Source of the DNA: an uncultured Capnocytophaga sp.
Lineage (GTDB): Bacteria > Bacteroidota > Bacteroidia > Flavobacteriales > Flavobacteriaceae
Length of the DNA: 64,000 bases
Direction of reading: 5' to 3'
Assembly (NCBI GenBank): GCA_963521335.1
Contig: CAUQUO010000006.1
Span: forward strand, 11,697 to 75,696
Positions 42,099 through 51,695 of this stretch are shown here, piece by piece. The notes under the pieces are model-generated. The model saw only the letters and a list, made by a program, of their open reading frames with translations. It did not search any database and had not been told where the DNA came from. The translations under genes were made by a program, and so were the position numbers. Every line of letters starts with the position of its first letter. Position 1 is the stretch's first letter.

Positions 42099-44294
42099 CT
42101 ACTCTAAGGTGAAATCTATTGTGCTTTTAATGTCGCCTGAAGAGGTGCCTACTAAGGCTTTGAAGGTACCTTTTTCGGCTACCCAAGCGTGTTGCTCAGG
42201 GTTGAAGAAAGAGAGGTCTTGCTTGGTGATATGGAAAGTTACAGTTTTGGTCTCTCCTGCTTTCAAGAATACTTTCTCAAAACCTTTGAGCTCTTTGTAT
42301 GGACGTAATACTGAGGCTTCTTCGTCGTGCAAATAGAGTTGTACTACTTCAGCGCCATCGCGTTTGCCGGTATTCTGTACTGTTACTGAGAAGCTGATAT
42401 CACCGTTGGTAGTTTTCTTGTCGGCGGTGAGTTTGCCGTATTTGAAAGTAGTGTAAGAAAGTCCGTGACCGAAAGGGAATAGCGGTTTTACGCCTTTGGT
42501 ATCGGCGTAGCGGTAGCCTACTAAAATGCCTTCGTTGTAGGCAACATCTTTATCCCCTGGGTATTCACCTAAGGCTACAGCTCCATTATCTTCCAAACGC
42601 ACTGGGAAAGTGAAAGGCAGTTTTCCTGAAGGGTTTACATCACCGAAGAGTACATCGGCGAGGGAGTTACCCGCTTCGGAGCCTAAATACCAATCTTGTA
42701 CAATGACAGGCACACTCTTCACCCAAGGCATTGCCATTGCATTCCCCGAAATGAGTACTACAGCTAAGTTTTTATTAGCTTTTGCCAAAGCTTCAATCAC
42801 AGCATCTTGTCCGTAAGGTAAGCCGTATTGTTTGCGGTCATTACCCTCACAATCCTGACCATCGTGTTTGTTGAGCCCGCCTATAAAGATAACTATATCA
42901 GCTTGTTTAGCAGTTTTAACAGCTTCGGCAAGGAGTTCTTGTGCCGGACGCTTATCGGTGATATCGTTAGCCGAAAGCCCGTCTTGGTCTTTGTAATCGT
43001 CGCTGGCATAGCCACGAGCATAGAGCACTTTGGCAGTATTGCCTACACGGTTTTTGATTCCATCTAAAGGGAGTATCTCGTGAACGGCTTTGAGTGAGGA
43101 ACTTCCTCCACCTACAGTCATCATTTTGATAGCATTCTCGCCTATCACGGCTATGGTTTTCGCTTTTTTAACATCGATAGGCAATATACTTTTATCGTTT
43201 TTGAGCAGTACGATACCTTCTTGTCCTATCTTGCGAGCTACGGCAAAGTGTTCTGGTGAGGCGAATGACCCATAAGGGCGATTGGCTGCCATATTGGTGC
43301 GGAATACAAGTCGGAGGATATTGCGCACCTTTTCATTTACTACTTCTTCTTTTATTTCTCCTGATTTCAGTTTTTCGAGAAAAGGTTGTGCAAGGAAGTA
43401 ATGGTCGTAAGCATTTGAGCGGTTTTCAGCCATTCCGTCAGTCCAAGTACCAAATTCCATATCCAATCCGTGGAGGGCAGCTCCATCAGTGTTGTTCACT
43501 CCACCCCAATCGGATACTACGGCGCCGTCAAAACCCCATTCTTTGCGCAAGATGTCTTGCAATAGGTATTGGTTTTGACAAGCCCATTGGTCTTTATATT
43601 TATTATAAGAGCCCATTATGCTCCACGCTTTTCCCTCTTGCACAGCCGCTTTGAAGGCAGGAAGGTAAATCTCATACAAGGCGCGGTCGTCTACCTTTAC
43701 ATTCACGGTATGGCGGTTGATTTCTTGATTGTTGAGCGCATAATGCTTCACACAAGCAGCTACGCCATTAGCTTGCACGCCTTGCACATAAGGCACGACC
43801 ATTTTGGATGCCAAATAAGGGTCTTCACCCATATACTCGAAATTGCGCCCGTTGAGAGGGGTGCGATAGATGTTCACCCCAGGACCTAAGAGTACGTTTT
43901 TGTTGCGATAGCGTGCTTCTTCGCCTATGGCTTTCCCATAAACTTTGCTGAGAGCGGGATTCCACGTAGCCGCAAGGCAAGTGAGGGCGGGGAAAGCGGT
44001 ACATTTATCATTTGTCCATCCCGCTTGATTCCACTCGTCCCAGAGTACTTCGGGGCGTATGCCGTGGGGACCATCGGTCATCCAGTTTTCGGGGATACCC
44101 AAACGGGGCACACCAGGTGAACTGAACTTAGATTGAGCGTGGCACATAGCTACTTTTTCCTCTAAAGTCATTCGCGAGAGAGCATCGTCTATACGCTTCT
44201 CAATGGGTTGCGAAGCGTCTAAATAAACAGGCGTTTGCTGAGCTGAAAGCGTACCTACGGCACAGCAAAGCAGTAAAGTTTTTATATTTTTCAT
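42099..44294 (-). CDS. GH3 beta-glucosidase
   Basis: TDGPHG, GRNFEY, CVKHY, VSDWG, VLLKN and FGHGLSYT motifs plus an Fn3-like C-terminus. Confidence 0.95.
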   Translation of the reverse strand: MKNIKTLLLCCAVGTLSAQQTPVYLDASQPIEKRIDDALSRMTLEEKVAMCHAQSKFSSPGVPRLGIPENWMTDGPHGIRPEVLWDEWNQAGWTNDKCTAFPALTCLAATWNPALSKVYGKAIGEEARYRNKNVLLGPGVNIYRTPLNGRNFEYMGEDPYLASKMVVPYVQGVQANGVAACVKHYALNNQEINRHTVNVKVDDRALYEIYLPAFKAAVQEGKAWSIMGSYNKYKDQWACQNQYLLQDILRKEWGFDGAVVSDWGGVNNTDGAALHGLDMEFGTWTDGMAENRSNAYDHYFLAQPFLEKLKSGEIKEEVVNEKVRNILRLVFRTNMAANRPYGSFASPEHFAVARKIGQEGIVLLKNDKSILPIDVKKAKTIAVIGENAIKMMTVGGGSSSLKAVHEILPLDGIKNRVGNTAKVLYARGYASDDYKDQDGLSANDITDKRPAQELLAEAVKTAKQADIVIFIGGLNKHDGQDCEGNDRKQYGLPYGQDAVIEALAKANKNLAVVLISGNAMAMPWVKSVPVIVQDWYLGSEAGNSLADVLFGDVNPSGKLPFTFPVRLEDNGAVALGEYPGDKDVAYNEGILVGYRYADTKGVKPLFPFGHGLSYTTFKYGKLTADKKTTNGDISFSVTVQNTGKRDGAEVVQLYLHDEEASVLRPYKELKGFEKVFLKAGETKTVTFHITKQDLSFFNPEQHAWVAEKGTFKALVGTSSGDIKSTIDFTLE

Positions 44295-44396
44295 ATTGTA
44301 TTGATTTGTCGATTTGGTGATTTAACTTTGGCAAAGGTGCGGGCTTTGACAAAGTATAGCGATACTTATTAATTGTTAATTATCAATTGTTAATTG

Positions 44397-45125
44397 TTAT
44401 TTCTTAACTGCTGTAAGATAGGGTTTGATAATGGCTGTCCATAGTTTGTAGCCTTCGGCGTTCATATGGAGGTTGTCTTCTTTAAAGATATCGGTGCGGA
44501 GGTTGCCCGCTTCATCGTACATTACTTTGGTGATATCTATATAAGTGTAGCCTTGTGCAGTAGCATTTTCCTCTAAAAGAGCGTTTACCAATAGCTGGTC
44601 TTTCAGCTGATCGGCTTTGTGCTGTGATGGTTTTAGCGACACTACAAACAAGGGAGTTGTTGGGTAATCTTTTTTGAGTTTAGCGATGAATATACGGAAA
44701 AGGTCGAAGCATTTTACGGCATTCACACCTTCTTTGTGGCTTCCGAGGTCGTTTTCTACATAAAGAACGATGCTTTTAGGTTTGTATCCTTGTGCGATGG
44801 TGTTGTAGTTATAAATCATATCGCGCAAGGTTGCCCCTCCATAAGAACGGCGGATGAGTTTTAGCGGTGCAAAATCTTCATAGATAGTATCCCATAGGTT
44901 GATAGACGAACTACCGAGGAATAACGCATCACAAGAGAGGTCTTTGAGGCGTTTGTTTTCCTTTTGGTAGTAGTTGATATCGCCTTGATAGCGGGTAATC
45001 CAAGGAGTTTCATCGGTTTGTTCAAAGGGGATTACCGTTTTGATTACGGTAGTAGGGGTTGCGGTTTGCGCTTTGGCGAATGCTATAGAAGCAATTGCCA
45101 ATAGTGAAAGTAATATTCTTTTCAT
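44397..45125 (-). CDS. SGNH/GDSL-like hydrolase
   Basis: FLGSSSI, RSYGG, ENDL and DNLHMN motifs, signal peptide. Confidence 0.85.
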   Translation of the reverse strand: MKRILLSLLAIASIAFAKAQTATPTTVIKTVIPFEQTDETPWITRYQGDINYYQKENKRLKDLSCDALFLGSSSINLWDTIYEDFAPLKLIRRSYGGATLRDMIYNYNTIAQGYKPKSIVLYVENDLGSHKEGVNAVKCFDLFRIFIAKLKKDYPTTPLFVVSLKPSQHKADQLKDQLLVNALLEENATAQGYTYIDITKVMYDEAGNLRTDIFKEDNLHMNAEGYKLWTAIIKPYLTAVKK

Positions 45126-45184
45126 TTGGGTAATTAGTTTAGTGCGAGCCACACGGGCTGTTTATTAATTTGTTGATTGCTATT

Positions 45185-46654
45185 TTATTGTTTGGGTATC
45201 AAAAAGGATACCACACTATTGGCAGGTACTTCATAAGAGAAATACTGCTTACCTGTGCTTAGGGTTAGGTGTGTGGCTTCTTTCTTTTTATTCAGTAGCA
45301 CACAAGCCAAAGAGCCATCGGGATTCTCGAAAGCGGTACATTGCACGTTGTCATCAGTGGTTTTCTCAACACCTATGCGGGTTGCGCCTTGCTTGATAAC
45401 AGATGAAAGGTGACTTATGACATAATAGTGCGAATTGCGTTGCATCGTCTTATAATCGGATGTTTGGATATCAACCGCACCAAAACAAGTCTTGCAACCG
45501 CCTTCACGATTGGGTGCTCCATGCTCGTCGAGCATTAAATTCCAGACCATTACCGCCTTGCAATGATTATTCAGGGTTTTGATACCAAGCTCTTGCATAT
45601 CTTCAGTAAGACGGCGTTGAAGGTTGCGACCATCGTTCCAGGTACCTATGGAGCTTTCTGTAAAGATGAGTTCTTTATTAGGGTATTGATTATGAATGTT
45701 GTTCAATTCATCGGGATTTCCACCATAGTTATGGTAGGCAGCCCCTGTAATATATTGAGAGGCTTCAGTATCTTTATAGATATGCAGAGGGTACTGCTGT
45801 TGCGAAGGCATATTATCATAGTTGTAGTTATGGTCGAAGAGGTAGATTTTAACCTCAGCGAAGCCTTTATCGCGCAGGGTTTTTCCTAAGGCGTTTTTGA
45901 CAAAGGCAAGTTGCTCTTCCCATCCCATATACATAGAAGCCGAGTTTCCTCTATTGAGAGGTTCGTTTTGTATAGTGATAGCATTGACGTTCAATCCATT
46001 GTCTTTCATCGCTTGCAACCATTTGGCGAAATAAAGCGCATAATCTTGATAGAGTGCTGGGTTTAGCTGACCGCTTGTCCAATGGTCATAAGATTGAAGG
46101 TCGGTGAGGTTATTGACCTTCATCCAGCGCGGAGGAGTCCAAGGAGAGCCAATGATTTGCACTTTGGGGTTGATAGCGAGAATCTCTTTGAGTATAGGAA
46201 TCACGTATTTTGTTTCCTCTTGCGTAAGGGCAAAGTTATCAATTCCTTTGGTATCGCAAAGGGTGTATTCACTAAGTGAAAAGTCGGAACAGCCGATGGA
46301 TATACGTACATAAGACTGTCCAAATCCGTTAGTTTCAGAAAATGTTTCGGTGAGGAACGCCTTTCTATCGGCGGGGGACATCTGCATCAAGTTATAACAG
46401 GTAGAACCTGTGATAGCAGACCCGAAGCCATAGACCGTTTGGAATCTTTGAGTAGGTTTTAGGATAATATCGGCGTTAGGCGTTTTATCAGCTAAGAATA
46501 AAGGCAGGGTATCTGTTTTAAACTCTTTGCTACGGTCGCCCGTAGTGGTAATCACCTTTAATATAGGGCTATGGGTTTGCTTGTGGGCAGTACAAGCTGT
46601 TACTGCCCAAAGCAAACAGATTATAAATAAAGATGAATATGATTTGTGTATCAT
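45185..46654 (-). CDS. GH30 glycoside hydrolase lipoprotein (likely endo-beta-1,6-glucanase)
   Basis: GFGSAITGS, IGCSDFS, SPWTPPRWMK, TIQNEP and FTES motifs, TAC lipobox. Confidence 0.9.
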   Translation of the reverse strand: MIHKSYSSLFIICLLWAVTACTAHKQTHSPILKVITTTGDRSKEFKTDTLPLFLADKTPNADIILKPTQRFQTVYGFGSAITGSTCYNLMQMSPADRKAFLTETFSETNGFGQSYVRISIGCSDFSLSEYTLCDTKGIDNFALTQEETKYVIPILKEILAINPKVQIIGSPWTPPRWMKVNNLTDLQSYDHWTSGQLNPALYQDYALYFAKWLQAMKDNGLNVNAITIQNEPLNRGNSASMYMGWEEQLAFVKNALGKTLRDKGFAEVKIYLFDHNYNYDNMPSQQQYPLHIYKDTEASQYITGAAYHNYGGNPDELNNIHNQYPNKELIFTESSIGTWNDGRNLQRRLTEDMQELGIKTLNNHCKAVMVWNLMLDEHGAPNREGGCKTCFGAVDIQTSDYKTMQRNSHYYVISHLSSVIKQGATRIGVEKTTDDNVQCTAFENPDGSLACVLLNKKKEATHLTLSTGKQYFSYEVPANSVVSFLIPKQ

Positions 46655-46696
46655 TATACTGTATTTAATGTAGGTTTGGTTTTTATTGGAGAGTTT

Positions 46697-46740
46697 GCTC
46701 CAAGCTTGCTCCAAGCTCTTTCCAAGCTCGCTCCAAGTGT
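46697..46740. repeat. 11-bp tandem repeat GCTCCAAGCT(T/C) x4 (CTCCAAG family)
   Basis: Read directly from the sequence, between susD and the GH30 gene. Confidence 0.88.
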
Positions 46741-46744
46741 TAGG

Positions 46745-48235
46745 TTAATATCCTGCGTTTTGAGTGAGTTTAGAGTTCTTTTCAATCTCGGTTTGAGGCA
46801 CAGGATAAAGCACTGTATTGTTGTTGAGCGGGTAGGATTGTCTTAATCTACCAGAATCTCTGCTATTGAGGGTATTCATCGTTTCGATAGCTTTATCATT
46901 ACGCACGAGGTCGAACCAACGGAAACCTTCGAAAGCCAACTCTAAACGGCGTTCTTTAAGCACTGCTTCTTTCATTTGTTCTTGAGAGAGAGATGTAGCA
47001 ATAGGTGCTAAACCTACCCTTGCACGCACTTGGTTTACTAAGGCTGCCGCCTCGGTAGTTTGACCTAATGCCGCATAGGCTTCGGCTTTAAGCAAGAGAA
47101 TATCGGCTAAGCGCAACTTGATGATGCTATTAGCACCTGAACGAATTTTGTACATAAAGGCGTAATGATCGGAAGGGTAGTAATTGCTCCAAGAAGGTTG
47201 CCCCCATACGACAGCTTGATCTCTACGCACAGTATCGCCTTCGGCATCGAAAGCTGCAAGAAGGTCGCGTGAAGGAGTACACCATTTGCGCCAATCATAT
47301 TTGCTCTTAGGGTTGATATGATTTTTACCAAACATTATAGACAACCAAGTTTGTCCGCCAGTAGAATAGGTAATCTCGAAGATAGACTCAGAAGAGTTGC
47401 GCAATTTGGCATCAGTACCTGTTGCGTTTAGCTGGAACAAGTCGGCATAATTAGGCACTAATGAAAAGCCCGCTCCTATCACTGCATCGCAATACTGAAT
47501 GGTTTTGTTGTAGTCGCGTATAGGTTTTTCGGCATATACGTGAGCTAAGAGAGCATTGGCTACTGCTTTACTAAGGATAAACTTATTGGTAGTATTTACA
47601 GCAGGTGCATCAGTTATAGCTACTTCTAAGTTTTCCTTGATAGCACTGTATACTTCGGCTACTGAACTACGAGGAGGGAAAAGTTTAGCATAAGTCTCTC
47701 CGATATTATCGGAAGTAATGGTAGGGATATCCTCAGAAGGGATAGGCACTTCTCCCCAAAGGCGTGTCATATCAAAAAGCAACCACGCTTTGAATATTTT
47801 AGCTTCAGCTTTCCACTGTTTGCGTTCGCTATCGGTAAGAGAAGCATCAGGCACTTTGTCTACATTGGCAATCACCACATTGGCTAAGTTGATACCTTCT
47901 AAGTATTTTTGCCAGTCGCGAGTGATATTATTGTTAGAAGGGTCTTGGCTATTTTGCTCGATAGAAGTAATGGGAGCGTCGATACCACCTGCATAAGCAT
48001 TATCGGCACGTACTTCAGTATTCATCAGCAAATCGAGTGTCCAAAACTCTTGCGCGCTTCCTTGTATAAAAGTGTAGATAGCCTCATAACGAGCTTTCAT
48101 CTGAGCTTTGGTTTCAATGGTAGTCCCTCCTTTACCGTTCATATTTTTCTCGTTGAAATCGGAGATAGGGTCTTTATCTAAAGTGCACGCCGTTAGGGCT
48201 ACTAACGAAAGTGCAAGGTATATATATTTTTTCAT
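46745..48235 (-). CDS. RagB/SusD family lipoprotein
   Basis: LTAC lipobox, RLADILLLKAEA, ERRLELAFEGFRWFDLVR and QNAGY motifs. Confidence 0.95.
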   Translation of the reverse strand: MKKYIYLALSLVALTACTLDKDPISDFNEKNMNGKGGTTIETKAQMKARYEAIYTFIQGSAQEFWTLDLLMNTEVRADNAYAGGIDAPITSIEQNSQDPSNNNITRDWQKYLEGINLANVVIANVDKVPDASLTDSERKQWKAEAKIFKAWLLFDMTRLWGEVPIPSEDIPTITSDNIGETYAKLFPPRSSVAEVYSAIKENLEVAITDAPAVNTTNKFILSKAVANALLAHVYAEKPIRDYNKTIQYCDAVIGAGFSLVPNYADLFQLNATGTDAKLRNSSESIFEITYSTGGQTWLSIMFGKNHINPKSKYDWRKWCTPSRDLLAAFDAEGDTVRRDQAVVWGQPSWSNYYPSDHYAFMYKIRSGANSIIKLRLADILLLKAEAYAALGQTTEAAALVNQVRARVGLAPIATSLSQEQMKEAVLKERRLELAFEGFRWFDLVRNDKAIETMNTLNSRDSGRLRQSYPLNNNTVLYPVPQTEIEKNSKLTQNAGY

Positions 48236-48247
48236 TTCTCTTAGATA

Positions 48248-51229
48248 TTAAAATTCAATATTTAAGCCAAAAATAAAAGATTTGGTTTGAGGATAGGTAC
48301 CCCAGTCGATACCCATTGTAGGGCCAGAGAGTCCTTCGTTTACTTCGGGGTCGAAGCCTTTGTAGTTAGTAAGTGTCCAAAGGTTTTGAGCGGTGAAGTA
48401 AGGTTGTATCTTGCGAATACCGTATTTTTCTAAGGCATCTACAGGCAGATTATAGGCTAAAGTAAGCGTTTTGAGGCGCAAGTAGGAACCGTCTTCCACC
48501 CAACGAGAAGAAGCCTTGATGTTATCGGTATTTTTTACTGCACGAGGCATATCGGTTATATCCCCAGGTTTTCTCCAACGGTTGAGTACTGCTGTTGATT
48601 GGTTTTTACCATCGTACATACCTTCAGTTTCTATACGAGAGGCGTTGTAGATATCATTGCCATAAGAACCTTGGAAGAAGACACTGAGCGTAAAGTTTTT
48701 ATAAGCGAAGTCGTTAGTAAGCCCAAAGGTAAAATCGGGGTTAGGGTCGCCTATATAAGTTTTATCTGAACTTGAAATTCTACCATCGCCATTGAGGTCT
48801 TTGTATTTGATATCGCCAGTTTGAGGGTCTACTCCTTCACTTACCAATCCCCAGAACTTACCTAAAGGTTGTCCTTCGGTGATACGCACTACTTGTTCAG
48901 TAGTAGCTTCAGAAGTGTTGGCGTAGTAATACACTTTTTGCAAGCTAAGTTTGGTAAGCTCATTGCGGTTGAATGATATATTGAAGTTTGTATTCCATTC
49001 AAAATCACCTGTAAAGTTACGGCTATCCACAGAGAACTCCAACCCTTTATTGGTCATTTCGCCCTCGTTGCGATAGATAGAAGGCACTGGAGAAGTAGCA
49101 GGAAGAGGGACATCCATCAACAAATCGGTAGTCTTTTTAAGATAAGCATCTACGGCAAGAGATAAACGGTTTTTGAAGAGTGCTATATCAAGCCCTATAT
49201 TAGATTGGGTTGTGGTTTCCCAAGTGAGGTTAGGGTTTGAGAAAGAATTAGGCGTGAGGGTAATCATCGCATTGGCATTAGCCCCGTTGCCCCACCAGTT
49301 TTGGCGTGCTATTTTATAGCGTTGCAAGTAGGCGTAAGAAGAGATACCCGCTTGGTTACCAGTTTGTCCCCAGCCACCGCGCAATTTGAGTTCGCTAAGC
49401 CATTCTACATTCTTCAAGAAATCTTCTTGAGAGAGTCTCCACCCTACAGATACAGAAGGGAAGTAACCCCAGCGTTTGCCAGGTGCCAATTTTGAAGAAC
49501 CATCAGCACGGAAATTAGCTGTAAGAAGGTATTTGCTATCGTAGTTATAAGAGATACGACCCAAATATGACATCATACTCCACTCTTCGGCATTGGTGAT
49601 GCTTCCTTGTCCTATTTTGTTAGCCGCATTGAGGGTTTTGATATCTGAAGTAAGGAAGTGAGTTGCATACATTTCACTACCATCCATTTTGGCATTGGTA
49701 AAAGAAGTACCAGCCAATAGAGAAAGGTTGTGTTTGCTGAAAGTTTTGTCGAAAGTAAGGATATTATCGAAAGTCATCAGCGTATGGTTTTTTCTGATAT
49801 CGGCAGCTTCACCATAGTTTCTACGTCCGTAGGCAGTGAGGTTAGGGTCTGTCCAACGGTTTTCTTTGCTTGACAAGCGGTCGATAGCAAAGGTAGATTT
49901 ATAGCGCAAACCGTCCATTAGCTGTACAATAGCCGAACCACTTCCTACAAAGCGATTGTTTTTAAGAAGGTTATCGGCACGGCGAGAGATGTTTTCTACA
50001 GGGTGTGAAAGGTTAGCCCCTTTGAAGTCGTAGTAATACCAGCCTTCTTCACCTGCTTTGGTACTCCAAATAGGAGCGTATTGAGGGGTGTTGATTACTG
50101 AAAGTACTACCCCAGCACGGTTGGCACCTAAGCCCGAAATGATACCATTAGACTCATAATCGGCATAAGACAAATTAGTTTCAAAAGTTAACCATTTGCG
50201 CATTTTAGCCTCTAAGTTCAAACGCACATTATAACGCTCGAAGAAAGAGCTACGGATAATACCATCTTCTTTGGTATGACCTGCTGAAAGATAATACTTT
50301 GTATTTTCGGTAGCGTTGGATACAGAGAGTTGAGTATTTTGGGTAAACCCAGTACGGAAAGTCTCTTTGTACCAATCAGTTTTATCGGTAAGACCTGCCA
50401 AAGAAGAAGTAGCTACTGCGCCAGAATCAGCCATCAAATCATAATACTGTTGTGTGTTGAGAGACGGAATTTTCTTAGCGATTTCGGACATACCTACATA
50501 GGTATTTACAGATACTTTAGGCTCATTGCGTTTACCTTGTTTGGTAGTGATAAGCACTACCCCATTGGCAGCACGTGAACCATAGATAGCTGCTGAGGAA
50601 GCGTCTTTGAGCACTTGCATATTCTCGATATCGGTAGGGGCAATCCCACTGATATCTTGCACAGGGATACCATCAACCACATATAGAGGGTCGTTGGAAG
50701 CGCTGATGGAGGTATTTCCACGGATGCGTACTGCTAAGCCAGCACCTGGAGCACCACTAGGTTGTACTACTTGAATACCTGCTGCACGCCCTTGAATAGC
50801 TTGCGCTGCTGAAGTTACAGGACGCTGGTCGAGGTCTTTGGTTTTGACGGAGGTAATCGCAGTGGTTACGTCGCCACGTTTTTGAGTACCATAGCCCACT
50901 ACAACTACCTCATCGAGGTCTTGAGTAGCTTCAGAGAGTTTTACTTTTAGAGATGCACCTGTTGCTTTTATATCAAGGGTTTTATACCCTACAGATGAAA
51001 ACTCTAATGTAGCCCCTTTGGGTACATCATTAAGTGAAAACTTACCATCGAAATCGGTAGCAACCCCTTTGGTAGTACCTTTTACAACGATAGAGACCCC
51101 AGGAAGAGGCATTCCACTTTCATCGGTTACAGTACCTGTTAGCTGACTAATGTTTTGCGCTTGGGCAAAAGCAGTAAAGCCTAGTAACAGTACTATCATT
51201 AGCATTAAATGTTTTTTGAATACTTTCAT
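48248..51229 (-). CDS. SusC/RagA TonB-dependent receptor
   Basis: EVVVVGYG, PLYVVDG, VLKDASSAAIYGSRAANGVVLITTK, LTWETT and a C-terminal F. Confidence 0.96.
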   Translation of the reverse strand: MKVFKKHLMLMIVLLLGFTAFAQAQNISQLTGTVTDESGMPLPGVSIVVKGTTKGVATDFDGKFSLNDVPKGATLEFSSVGYKTLDIKATGASLKVKLSEATQDLDEVVVVGYGTQKRGDVTTAITSVKTKDLDQRPVTSAAQAIQGRAAGIQVVQPSGAPGAGLAVRIRGNTSISASNDPLYVVDGIPVQDISGIAPTDIENMQVLKDASSAAIYGSRAANGVVLITTKQGKRNEPKVSVNTYVGMSEIAKKIPSLNTQQYYDLMADSGAVATSSLAGLTDKTDWYKETFRTGFTQNTQLSVSNATENTKYYLSAGHTKEDGIIRSSFFERYNVRLNLEAKMRKWLTFETNLSYADYESNGIISGLGANRAGVVLSVINTPQYAPIWSTKAGEEGWYYYDFKGANLSHPVENISRRADNLLKNNRFVGSGSAIVQLMDGLRYKSTFAIDRLSSKENRWTDPNLTAYGRRNYGEAADIRKNHTLMTFDNILTFDKTFSKHNLSLLAGTSFTNAKMDGSEMYATHFLTSDIKTLNAANKIGQGSITNAEEWSMMSYLGRISYNYDSKYLLTANFRADGSSKLAPGKRWGYFPSVSVGWRLSQEDFLKNVEWLSELKLRGGWGQTGNQAGISSYAYLQRYKIARQNWWGNGANANAMITLTPNSFSNPNLTWETTTQSNIGLDIALFKNRLSLAVDAYLKKTTDLLMDVPLPATSPVPSIYRNEGEMTNKGLEFSVDSRNFTGDFEWNTNFNISFNRNELTKLSLQKVYYYANTSEATTEQVVRITEGQPLGKFWGLVSEGVDPQTGDIKYKDLNGDGRISSSDKTYIGDPNPDFTFGLTNDFAYKNFTLSVFFQGSYGNDIYNASRIETEGMYDGKNQSTAVLNRWRKPGDITDMPRAVKNTDNIKASSRWVEDGSYLRLKTLTLAYNLPVDALEKYGIRKIQPYFTAQNLWTLTNYKGFDPEVNEGLSGPTMGIDWGTYPQTKSFIFGLNIEF

Positions 51230-51695
51230 AAAATAAAAACGTTACATTTGTTAGTTTTCCCTTTGTTGCTTTTCGGAAAGTTATCTTTGTCTTTCCAACG
51301 CCCCAAAAGTATAGCAAAAAAACATAGGTATAGCATCAAGTATTAGAAAAGTACTATTTTAAAAATATATTTATGTGAATATCAAATAAATAAAGTTAAA
51401 GAAACCCTTAAAAAAGTACTAAATTTTCAGTTAAAATTGATAAAAAATCCCTATTTATAGACTTTATAATTGAAGTTTTTGCCGATAGAAACCGTTAAAA
51501 AAATTAGGAAAATCGCAAAATAGAGAAATACTGTATTTAGACAGAAAAACAGTATTTGTTTACATAAATAGAGTTTTTGACAGTATTTATTTTTAGATAA
51601 CTATAAGTATAGGGTAGGTATATCTGAAATATACAGAAGGATTAGTAAAAAAATTTCTGGAGAGAATGACTAAAAGGGATAAGTATCTATTTTGA

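Noticed and set aside
45142..45158. GTGCGAGCCACACGGGC, a possible REP-like hairpin
   Set aside because: Single imperfect copy in the window; a family cannot be supported from this sequence alone.
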